Part shown: piece after piece, positions 11,101 through 22,900 of the stretch
Layout: each line of letters begins with the position of its first letter
Numbering within the stretch: position 1 is the stretch's first letter
Assembly: GCA_963920595.1 (NCBI GenBank)
Contig: OY986948.1
Coordinates: 4,898,001 to 4,962,000, forward strand
DNA length: 64,000 nt
Source of the DNA: Eimeria praecox
Taxonomy: Eukaryota
Reading direction: 5' to 3'
Translations under genes and position numbers: made by a program
The notes under the pieces: model-generated
The model's input: the letters and a program-made list of their open reading frames with translations, nothing else
The model's database searches: none
What the model was told of the DNA's origin: nothing

Positions 11101-14100
11101 CCGATGCCACAAAGATTGTACGCACTTTGAAGAGCACAGAGGCGTAGGCCTGAACGCTCGAATAGCGTTAGGGGTTGGTGGATGCTAGGTGAAACCTCTT
11201 ACTGGTTAGCCGGTGAATGCAGCGAAGATTGGGGTTACTGCATTTGGCCTTTTCTCCCGTTACCGAGGCCGTTAGGACAGAAATGGCTCATAAAGAAGAC
11301 GTGACGCATATGCACGAAATATCGTGTGCTTGAGGGGCAGAACGCACTTGCAGAGGGTAGCAAATGCCCCCACAGATGGGCATGAATGAATAGAGGCTGC
11401 GCCGCGTTGCCGGAATAATGCAGCAGGCGTAGCTGCTCGAATGTTGAGCGCTTGGCATGCTTATGAAACAGCAAGTGGGCCCATAAAACAACATATTAGC
11501 GGCCAGAAATGGCCGAAAGCTGGAATGCAGTGGCCTGTGCTGATTTAAACTGTATTTCGTGGTATTTTTGGTACGTTGTCTGCGGGTTGGGCAGTATAAG
11601 TAAAACTTTGCCTGCTGCAAGCTGCCTCACGAACAATGCACGCGCCGTCAACCCAGGGCCAATAGGGGCTATACGTCTGAACGGTGACGGTAGTTACTGT
11701 CCCCAGAACGCGTAGTGCATTCCCTAACAGCCTTTACCTGGATGCGCCCTCTGAACGGCATGCGCTAGATCTAAGTTTCTCCTTTAAAATTGGGTATGAC
11801 TGGAGCAGTTAGTGAGCATGGAGTCGAGGCCGGTGGTTGCTGCGTTGTGTAGTGCTTGACGAGGATTACTGCGGAGGAGCAAAGTGCAGTTTTGGCATAC
11901 TTCGTTTCGCTGCCTGGAGAATGAGATTGCCATGACCTACGGATTTTAGGAGAGAAGGCGCAGCCCAAGCTGCGGAGGCTTTTGCCGAAGTGCACTTTGG
12001 ATGGGTTGCGGTATGGGGATTCAGTGTGCAGGCGTGTCTGAAGAATGCATTTGAGCGGTGGTATGAATGATGCAGCTTTTGCGGGTGCGCGCAGACCTTG
12101 TCATTACCTGAACAACATCGAAAATTCCTCAGCAAATGGCAGTGTAGAAGGCATACCATGCAGTGACGCTGGGGTCCCCAGATATTTTTCTGTATGGACA
12201 TTGATACTGGGCGATGTGCCCGTAGGCACAGCAGAGTTGGCACGTCGATTACACTTTGCGGCTTTGTCATCACGAAGACACTGACCTGCATTCAGCTCGG
12301 AAAGAAACCTTGGAACGTGCTGTGCTGTGGGGCGCACACAGAAAGAAATACCCTTTTCCAGGTTAGCTTCGTCGTTAGCAAGGCCTCTCAATGGCTTCTG
12401 CAGAGTATAATTGGGACAGCTCTATTTGGGCGACGAGAAATGCGACGGCTTTGGAACTGTCGGCCGTGGCGGCAGTATGTTAGGTGGAGCCATTCTTGAC
12501 TCAGAGGCCGCCATGACGATTCCACGCTGGACAGGCTTGCTCAGTAGTAGAGAGCTTTGGACCTTCCGAAATCCACCCATTGAGCAGTTGCATCACTTGC
12601 TGCATGGGCAGGACTGGCTGCTTTCTTGACCATAGAATTGAAAGCGATAGGCAACCAGGCGTTAAGCGTGTCGCCTCGCTTACGACCTAAGCTTTGCTCC
12701 ATGAAAGTAGTGATTATTGACCTGCTGTACAGCTCGTGTCATCCACTTGTTCACGCTACTGACATGCAGTGGAAAGCGTCACGCATAGCATTTGGAACCT
12801 ATCATGGCTTTGTTAAGGTGAAATCATAGGCATACGGAACATCCACCCGTAGCTCGTGGGTCCCCAGACACCACCAGCGTCTCTTTATGCTTTTGAAATT
12901 CTTCTTTATGGCTGCTGCAATGTTACTTTTCAAGGACCCGCTTGTTGGAGTTTAGGGCGATCTCACCACTGCTGGTTTGGGCGTTACAATCCACGTTTTG
13001 GCCGATCGGACCACTAACTTTGTCTGTCGAGAAGAACTGCCGTTAAGTAATTAAACTGTGTTTTAGAAAATACGGTTTCCTAATGCTCTGTCTTCAAAAC
13101 CAAGTAGCTGCCATTCATTAGGGAGAGACTCGCTTGGCTGCTGCGCAGCAACGGAACAAATGCGGTACTGTGCTACTCGCCGTTCCATACAAATACGGGT
13201 TGTCGCTGCTATTTCAAAAACATGCTAGACGGTCATACAGGTGATTTCCAGGCAAATGGCATGCAGCACGGCAGATAGCTGGCCCTGGCAAACAGCGGGA
13301 TGTATCAAGCTGCCCAGTAGTTTTCAGTTTCCACAGTGTGCAGTGAAATTCCGTAGCTAGTATGTTTAGTAACCAAGCATGCCTTAAGCTCGAAGAATGG
13401 GATGCTAAAAAGTAGTTCAATGTTGCGGCATGCGCTGGCGGGCATGGTAGACGACGGCTGGGCTCCATGCGCATTGCGCTGGCGTTGGGCTGTTGTGAAC
13501 AGTGGCCCCGTCCGCACCTCCCCACTGCTGAACTGGCTTGGGATTTAGCAGCTATATTCTCCACTCACCTAGCAGCTGCCATGGGGTCGGGGAGAGCTCG
13601 CTTAGATGCTACGCAGGGATGGAACAAACATAGAGCTGTTGCCTATCCGGAGCATGCGAACACGGATTGCAGCACCTAATTCACAAACAGTAGCCCAAGT
13701 ACGTAGTTTCCTGAACGGTGGTTTACACCACTACGAAGAGCTGGGACTGCCACACAGGCTGTATGTTTCAGTTTCCACGGTTTTTTGTGCTCCTCCGCAG
13801 CTAGTATGTCCAACGACAAATAGTGCTTGACGCAGCAAGGAATGACAAGTCCGAGAGTATTTTGACACTGCAAAGTGCGAAGCGAACACGGCAAACCACG
13901 GCCGATCTCTTTGCACATTGGGAAGCAAGATGGCATGCTGTGAGCATTGGTGCTGTCGGCACTGTAGAGAATTCCTTGAACAAGCGCCGACAGGTGAATA
14001 CCAGGCTGGCTGCCCAAGACCATCCCAGAATGCCAGCTGAGCAAATGCCCATTATGTCCAAGGAATCTTATTCGTTATCGGATGCATGGTGAACAATCAA

Positions 14101-17100
14101 ATATAACCTCAACTGGCGTGTTGGATCCTTAATTTCGAACATACTATCTGCGCTGAACCCCAGTCTCCGTGGAGCGCCGTTTGTCTAGAAGCTAGAATAG
14201 CGTTCGCTTCCTTGTTTCCACAAGAACAGCAAGCCGCCATACCTGCACAATGATGCCTATGTAGGAGAGAGATTAAGAATATGGTTTTCGAGCTGTTCTG
14301 CAGTTGTTCCATGCAGCCCCATTGCAACCTTATATCAGAGCTTGCAGCACGGATGCAATTTGGCGGACATCTTTGTGGGAGGCATGAGCGCACTGCAGGG
14401 AGTGCGTTGACAAGTGAACAGCGAGCCATTTATATGATGCAGGTATATTTGAGGTTTCTTGCACGTAGAGGATGTAACACGGCGTGAAGACATATGAAAG
14501 AGATGCTTCCACCGATGCGGTACAACAGTTAATATGTGCGACGCTATTAGGCACCCAAGGAGCGTTTACATGACCAATCGGTACTGCAGGTCTTAGGCAG
14601 CACGTTCCAGCTTCAACGGGAACGTGCGAGATGACTAGAGAGAGACTCGCATTGCTTTACTGACTTCATTGTGCACTAACAGGTATTTGGCGCACGACCA
14701 AATATAACCTCAACTGGCGTGTTGGGTCCTTAATTTCGAACATACTGTTTGCGCTGAACTCCAATCTCCGTGGAGCGCCGGTTGTCTAGAAGCTAGAATA
14801 GCGTGCGCTTCCTTGTCCCCGCAACAACAGTAAGCCGCCACACCTGCACAATGATGCCTATGTAGGAGAGAGATTAAGAATATGGTTTTCGAGCTGTTCT
14901 GCAGTTGTTCCATGCAGCCCCATTGCAACCTTATATCAGAGCTTGCAGCACGGATGCAATTTGGCGGACATCTTTGTGGGAGGCATGAGCGCACTGCAGG
15001 GAGTGCGTTGACAAGTGAACAGCGAGCCATTTATATGATGCAGGTATATTTGAGGTTTCTTGCACGTAGAGGATGTAACACGGCGTGAAGACATATGAAA
15101 GAGATGCTTCCACCGATGCGGTACAACAGTTAATATGTGCGACGCTATTAGGCACCCAAGGAGCGTTTACATGACCAATCGGTACTGCAGGTCTTAGGCA
15201 GCACGTTCCAGCTGCAACGGGAACGTGCGAGATGACTAGAGAGAGACTCGCATTGCTTTACTGACTTCATTGTGCACTAACAGGTATTTGGCGCACGACC
15301 AAATATAACCTCAACTGGCGTGTTGGGTCCTTAATTTCGAACATACTGTTTGCGCTGAACTTCAATCTCCGTGGAGCGCCGGTTGTCTAGAAGCTAGAAT
15401 AGCGTGCGCTTCCTTGTCTCCGCAACAACAGTAAGCCGCCACACCTGCACAATGATGCCTATGTAGGAGAGAGATTAAGAATATGGTTTTCGAACTGTTC
15501 TGCAGTTGTTCCATGCAGCCCCATTGCAACCTTATATCAGAGCTTGCAGCACGGATGCAATTTGGCGGACATCTTTGTGGGAGGCATGAGCGCACTGCAG
15601 GGAGTGCGTTGACAAGTGAACAGCGAGCCATTTATATGATGCAGGTATATTTGAGGTTTCTTGCACGTAGAGGATGTAACACGGCGTGAAGACATATGAA
15701 AGAGATGCTTCCACCGATGCGGTACAACAGTTAATATGTGCGACGCTATTAGGCACCCAAGGAGCGTTTACATGACCAATCGGTACTGCAGGTCTTAGGC
15801 AGCACGTTCCAGCTTCAACGGGAACGTGCGAGATGACTAGAGAGAGACTCGCATTGCTTTACTGACTTCATTGTGCACTAACAGGTATTTGGCGCACGAC
15901 CAAATATAACCTCAACTGGCGTGTTGGGTCCTTAATTTCGAACATACTGTTTGCGCTGAACTTCAATCTCCGTGGAGCGCCGGTTGTCTAGAAGCTAGAA
16001 TAGCGTGCGCTTCCTTGTCTCCGCAACAACAGTAAGCCGCCACACCTGCACAATGATGCCTATGTAGGAGAGAGATTAAGAATATGGTTTTCGAGCTGTT
16101 CTGCAGTTGTTCCATGCAGCCCCATTGCAACCTTATATCAGAGCTTGCAGCACGGATGCAATTTGGCGGACATCTTTGTGGGAGGCATGAGCGCACTGCA
16201 GGGAGTGCGTTGACAAGTGAACAGCGAGCCATTTATATGATGCAGGTATATTTGAGGTTTCTTGCACGTAGAGGATGTAACACGGCGTGAAGACATATGA
16301 AAGAGATGCTTCCACCGATGCGGTACAACAGTTAATATGTGCGACGCTATTAGGCACCCAAGGAGCGTTTACATGACCAATCGGTACTGCAGGTCTTAGG
16401 CAGCACGTTCCAGTTGCAACGGGAACGTGCGAGATGACTAGAGAGAGACTCGCATTGCTTTACTGACTTCATTGTGCACTAACAGGTATTTGGCGCACGA
16501 CCAAATATAACCTCAACTGGCGTGTTGGGTCCTTAATTTCGAACATACTCTTTGCGCTGAACCTCAATCTCCGTGGAGCGCCGGTTGTCTAGAAGCTAGA
16601 ATAGCGTGCGCTTCCTTGTCTCCGCAACAACAGCAAGCCGCCATACCTGCACAATGATGCCTATGTAGGAGAGAGATTAAGAATATGGTTTTCGAGCTGT
16701 TCTGCAGTTGTTCCATGCAGCCCCATTGCAACCTTATATCAGAGCTTGCAGCACGGATGCAATTTGGCGGACATCTTTGTGGGAGGCATGAGCGCACTGC
16801 AGGGAGTGCGTTGACAAGTGAACAGCGAGCCATTTATATGATGCAGGTATATTTGAGGTTTCTTGCACGTAGAGGATGTAACACGGCGTGAAGACATATG
16901 AAAGAGATGCTTCCACCGATGCGGTACAACAGTTAATATGTGCGACGCTATTAGGCACCCAAGGAGCGTTTACATGACCAATCGGTACTGCAGGTCTTAG
17001 GCAGCACGTTCCAGCTGCAACGGGAACGTGCGAGATGACTAGAGAGAGACTCGCATTGCTTTACTGACTTCATTGTGCACTAACAGGTATTTGGCGCACG

Positions 17101-19941
17101 ACCAAATATAACCTCAACTGGCGTGTTGGGTCCTTAATTTCGAACATACTGTTTGCGCTGAACTTCAATCTCCGTGGAGCGCCGGTTGTCTAGAAGCTAG
17201 AATAGCGTGCGCTTCCTTGTCTCCGCAACAACAGTAAGCCGCCACACCTGCACAATGATGCCTATGTAGGAGAGAGATTAAGAATATGGTTTTCGAGCTG
17301 TTCTGCAGTTGTTCCATGCAGCCCCATTGCAACCTTACATCAGAGCTTGCAGCACGGATGCAATTTGGCGGACATCTTTGTGGGAGGCATGAGCGCACTG
17401 CAGGGAGTGCGTTGACAAGTGAACAGCGAGCCATTTATATGATGCAGGTATATTTGAGGTTTCTTGCACGTAGAGGATGTAACACGGCGTGAAGACATAT
17501 GAAAGAGATGCTTCCACCGATGCGGTACAACAGTTAATATGTGCGACGCTATTAGGCACCCAAGGAGCGTTTACATGACCAATCGGTACTGCAGGTCTTA
17601 GGCAGCACGTTCCAGCTTCAACGGGAACGTGCGAGATGACTAGAGAGAGACTCGCATTGCTTTACTGACTTCATTGTGCACTAACAGGTATTTGGCGCAC
17701 GACCAAATATAACCTCAACTGGCGTGTTGGGTCCTTAATTTCGAACATACTGTTTGCGCTGAACTTCAATCTCCGTGGAGCGCCGGTTGTCTAGAAGCTA
17801 GAATAGCGTGCGCTTCCTTGTCTCCGCAACAACAGTAAGCCGCCACACCTGCACAATGATGCCTATGTAGGAGAGAGATTAAGAATATGGTTTTCGAGCT
17901 GTTCTGCAGTTGTTCCATGCAGCCCCATTGCAACCTTATATCAGAGCTTGCAGCACGGATGCAATTTGGCGGACATCTTTGTGGGAGGCATGAGCGCACT
18001 GCAGGGAGTGCGTTGACAAGTGAACAGCGAGCCATTTATATGATGCAGGTATATTTGAGGTTTCTTGCACGTAGAGGATGTAACACGGCGTGAAGACATA
18101 TGAAAGAGATGCTTCCACCGATGCGGTACAACAGTTAATATGTGCGACGCTATTAGGCACCCAAGGAGCGTTTACATGACCAATCGGTACTGCAGGTCTT
18201 AGGCAGCACGTTCCAGTTGCAACGGGAACGTGCGAGATGACTAGAGAGAGACTCGCATTGCTTTACTGACTTCATTGTGCACTAACAGGTATTTGGCGCA
18301 CGACCAAATATAACCTCAACTGGCGTGTTGGGTCCTTAATTTCGAACATACTCTTTGCGCTGAACCTCAATCTCCGTGGAGCGCCGGTTGTCTAGAAGCT
18401 AGAATAGCGTGCGCTTCCTTGTCTCCGCAACAACAGCAAGCCGCCATACCTGCACAATGATGCCTATGTAGGAGAGAGATTAAGAATATGGTTTTCGAGC
18501 TGTTCTGCAGTTGTTCCATGCAGCCCCATTGCAACCTTATATCAGAGCTTGCAGCACGGATGCAATTTGGCGGACATCTTTGTGGGAGGCATGAGCGCAC
18601 TGCAGGGAGTGCGTTGACAAGTGAACAGCGAGCCATTTATATGATGCAGGTATATTTGAGGTTTCTTGCACGTAGAGGATGTAACACGGCGTGAAGACAT
18701 ATGAAAGAGATGCTTCCACCGATGCGGTACAACAGTTAATATGTGCGACGCTATTAGGCACCCAAGGAGCGTTTACATGACCAATCGGTACTGCAGGTCT
18801 TAGGCAGCACGTTCCAGCTGCAACGGGAACGTGCGAGATGACTAGAGAGAGACTCGCATTGCTTTACTGACTTCATTGTGCACTAACAGGTATTTGGCGC
18901 ACGACCAAATATAACCTCAACTGGCGTGTTGGGTCCTTAATTTCGAACATACTGTTTGCGCTGAACTTCAATCTCCGTGGAGCGCCGGTTGTCTAGAAGC
19001 TAGAATAGCGTGCGCTTCCTTGTCTCCGCAACAACAGTAAGCCGCCACACCTGCACAATGATGCCTATGTAGGAGAGAGATTAAGAATATGGTTTTCGAG
19101 CTGTTCTGCAGTTGTTCCATGCAGCCCCATTGCAACCTTATATCAGAGCTTGCAGCACGGATGCAATTTGGCGGACATCTTTGTGGGAGGCATGAGCGCA
19201 CTGCAGGGAGTGCGTTGACAAGTGAACAGCGAGCCATTTATATGATGCAGGTATATTTGAGGTTTCTTGCACGTAGAGGATGTAACACGGCGTGAAGACA
19301 TATGAAAGAGATGCTTCCACCGATGCGGTACAACAGTTAATATGCGCGACGCTATTAGGCACCCAAGGAGCGTTTACATGACCAATCGGTACTGCAGGTT
19401 TTAGGCAGCACGTTCCAGCTGCAACGGGAACGTGCAAGATGATTGGAGAGACTCGCATTGCTTTACTGACTTCACTGTGCACTAACAACTCAGTAATGTG
19501 TACTGCGTTGTTGTATGATAACGGAGAAAAGAGTTCATTGCGGACCTGCATTTCTGGCTTAATATTGACCCCTCTGCATTTGTGAACTTGTGCTCTGTGC
19601 CCACCTTGTTAGTACCGGAACCAATCCGTACTGCGGCGCTGGCATGTGTGGTTACCGAGAGTTCAGCGAGTAGTCTAAGGTCTACGAGGTCACAGTAGAG
19701 GGCGTTGGATGAGCTGGAGAGATGGATCAAACATGCAACGGGCGCAACTCTGCTGAGTTACATTCACCGGTAAGACGTGTTGCAGGGTGTTCGGATGCAG
19801 CGTGATGTGTGTCTACTCGCCCAGCGCGTACGCTGTTTGGGTAGTTGTTGCATGTGGCGCGCAGGTGTATCAATGCATTCGTGTTAACGAGCACCTGCAC
19901 TTGCCTGTGTGCGGCGAGGGTGTGCCTCAAATGTCGGAGTA
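8101..19941. repeat. Segmental duplication, copy A (6-kb block + 601-bp array + 157-bp spacer + start of 1535-bp unit)
   Basis: Near-identical to 36574-46604. Offset is 28,473 at the left edge, 28,466 after a 7-bp indel near 8340, and 26,663 after the 601-bp array (3 fewer units in copy B). Confidence 0.96.
14098..19487. repeat. Tandem array of a 601-bp unit, 9 copies (last one slightly short)
   Basis: caaatataacctcaactggcgtgttgg at 14098, 14699, 15300, 15901, 16502, 17103, 17704, 18305, 18906. Confidence 0.97.
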
Positions 19942-22900
19942 GAGCACGATGTTTGGCGAGCGGCCGAGCCGTTGACCACTGGGTAAGGATGGCGTGCAAC
20001 TGCGTGCGCAACCTGTAGCAGGTGTAGCAGATGCCTAGCGGCGCGGATGTCGGACTTCGGGCGAGCGGCAGCGGCCACGCGGGGCTGCTTAGTGCAGCAA
20101 GGCCCCTGTATGCGAAAATGACGGGTCGGAAAGTGGTGGGAGGGACAGCGTCTTCGCTGACGGTAGCGGTGGGAACAGGCATGGCTTTCGATTCTTAAGC
20201 TGGAATGCCATTATATGTGCATTGAATGAATTCCGGCTGACTGTGTGGTATGATGCATGAAGCGTTATTTGCGCCGCGAGCTGTGCCACTCTGCCTTTAT
20301 CCGCATTGTTAGCATGGGCAGTTGAAGAGTAGCTACTTGAGGCGGCCATGCGTGCGACTATTAGGCGTGGATCGGATGTTGGAGTGTTTGCGTTGCCAGG
20401 AGCAGGTGCGTGGTTAACGCAACACTGTTAGAGCAGGGTGGGAAAGGGAAGAGTGTGGCTAATGGGCCGTTGCCTTAGTGATGGGTTGCACGATATTAGT
20501 GAGCAAAGGGGTGTGTGTGTCGACGCGTGTAGCTTGTCCGTTGTTTGTTGATCTGCTACACGTGATTCGGGGTTGCACGGGAGCATTGGTGGAAGCATGC
20601 ATTTGCGGCGTGTTTTCGACTTCGACCGGCTGTGTCATGCCTTGTTCTGTAGCAGCGGCTTGCTGAGGACCTCATAAATGGGCTATTAGGCAGGGATTGA
20701 ATGCAGATATAAAGTGAACATGCGCCTGGTCGTTTTTGGTGCGGTGCTCAACTGAGAGAGGTGCCATGCACTCGCATGTGTGCGGATGCATGCGTGGGGA
20801 TGGCCAGTGTAGCACGGCACTGGAAGCGCGAGTGCACGAGCTCTTAGCTTTGATGAGGGGCATCGCTTGCCCTAGATATGTGGAGTTCTGGACTCTTTCG
20901 GTTTGACTGAGTTTGAAGCTGCAGCCAGTGCGTTGTGAACAACTCTGTAACTTTGTGACTGCAGTGGGGGCCGCTCGTTTTGTGCATGACCTACGCAACA
21001 CATCGGGTGGCGCCGTGTGCAAGCACAGGGAGAGGAATGGTGCTAGCTTCTACGCAGCCTACGTTTACCTGCTGCTCAGGGGACAGAGTTGAGTGCAGCA
21101 GCAGAGGCGCGTGTAGGGGGGACAGCAAGCAGAAACCGTAGGGTATGTGGTACACTCAAACCGTCTTGCGGTTGTTAGTTGTGTGGCTATCGCGAGTTCA
21201 GCGAGTAGTCTAAGGTCTACGAGGTCACAGTAGAGGGCGTTGGATGGGCTGGAGAGATGGATTAAACATGCAACGGGCGCAACTCTGCTGAGCTACATTC
21301 ACCGGTAAGACGTGTTGCAGGGTGTTCGGATGCACCGTGATGTTTGTCTACTCGCCCAGCGCGTACGCTGTTTGGGTAGTTGTTGCATGTGGCGCGCAGG
21401 TGTATCAATGCATTCGTGTTAACGAGCACCTGCACTTGCCTGTGTGCGGCGAGGGTGTGCCTCAAATGTCGGAGTAGAGCACGATGTTTGGCGAGCGGCC
21501 GAGCCGTTGACCACTGGGTAAGGATGGCGTGCAACTGCGTGCGCAACCTGTAGCAGGTGTAGCAGATGCCTAGCGGCGCGGATGTCGGACTTCGGGCGAG
21601 CGGCAGCGGCCACGCGGGGCTGCTTAGTGCAGCAAGGCCCCTGTATGCGAAAATGACGGGTCGGAAAGTGGTGGGAGGGACAGCGTCTTCGCTGACGGTA
21701 GCGGTGGGAACAGGCATGGCTTTCGATTCTTAAGCTGGAATGCCATTATATGTGCATTGAATGAATTCCGGCTGACTGTGTGGTATGATGCATGAAGCGT
21801 TATTTGCGCCGCGAGCTGTGCCACTCTGCCTTTATCCGCATTGTTAGCATGGGCAGTTGAAGAGTAGCTACTTGAGGCGGCCATGCGTGCGACTATTAGG
21901 CGTGGATCGGATGTTGGAGTGTTTGCGTTGCCAGGAGCAGGTGCGTGGTTAACGCAACACTGTTAGAGCAGGGTGGGAAAGGGAAGAGTGTGGCTAATGG
22001 GCCGTTGCCTTAGTGATGGGTTGCACGATATTAGTGAGCAAAGGGGTGTGTGTGTCGACGCGTGTAGCTTGTCCGTTGTTTGTTGATCTGCTACACGTGA
22101 TTCGGGGTTGCACGGGAGCATTGGTGGAAGCATGCATTTGCGGCGTGTTTTCGACTTCGACCGGCTGTGTCATGCCTTGTTCTGTAGCAGCGGCTTGCTG
22201 AGGACCTCATAAATGGGCTATTAGGCAGGGATTGAATGCAGATATAAAGTGAACATGCGCCTGGTCGTTTTTGGTGCGGTGCTCAACTGAGAGAGGTGCC
22301 ATGCACTCGCATGTGTGCGGATGCATGCGTGGGGATGGCCAGTGTAGCACGGCACTGGAAGCGCGAGTGCACGAGCTCTTAGCTTTGATGAGGGGCATCG
22401 CTTGCCCTAGATATGTGGAGTTCTGGACTCTTTCGGTTTGACTGAGTTTGAAGCTGCAGCCAGTGCGTTGTGAACAACTCTGTAACTTTGTGACTGCAGT
22501 GGGGGCCGCTCGTTTTGTGCATGACCTACGCAACACATCGGGTGGCGCCGTGTGCAAGCACAGGGAGAGGAATGGTGCTAGCTTCTACGCAGCCTACGTT
22601 TACCTGCTGCTCAGGGGACAGAGTTGAGTGCAGCAGCAGAGGCGCGTGTAGGGGGGACAGCAAGCAGAAACCGTAGGGTATGTGGTACACTCAAACCGTC
22701 TTGCGGTTGTTAGTTGTGTGGCTATCGCGAGTTCAGCGAGTAGTCTAAGGTCTACGAGGTCACAGTAGAGGGCGTTGGATGGGCTGGAGAGATGGATTAA
22801 ACATGCAACGGGCGCAACTCTGCTGAGCTACATTCACCGGTAAGACGTGTTGCAGGGTGTTCGGATGCAGCGTGATGTGTGTCTACTCGCCCAGCGCGTA

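Noticed and set aside
12951..12957. Isolated TTTAGGG heptamer (also in copy B)
   Set aside because: Single occurrence, expected by chance; not an interstitial telomeric tract.
8101..14097. 6-kb duplicated block as an LTR or retrotransposon
   Set aside because: No long ORF, no RT/integrase/gag motifs, and no TG...CA termini, PBS or TSD seen; the duplication extends beyond it into the arrays.
19619..19638. Spacer motif accaatccgtactgcgg resembling accaatcggtactgcag in the 601-bp unit
   Set aside because: Similarity limited to ~17 bp and does not clearly extend; too weak to claim common origin.
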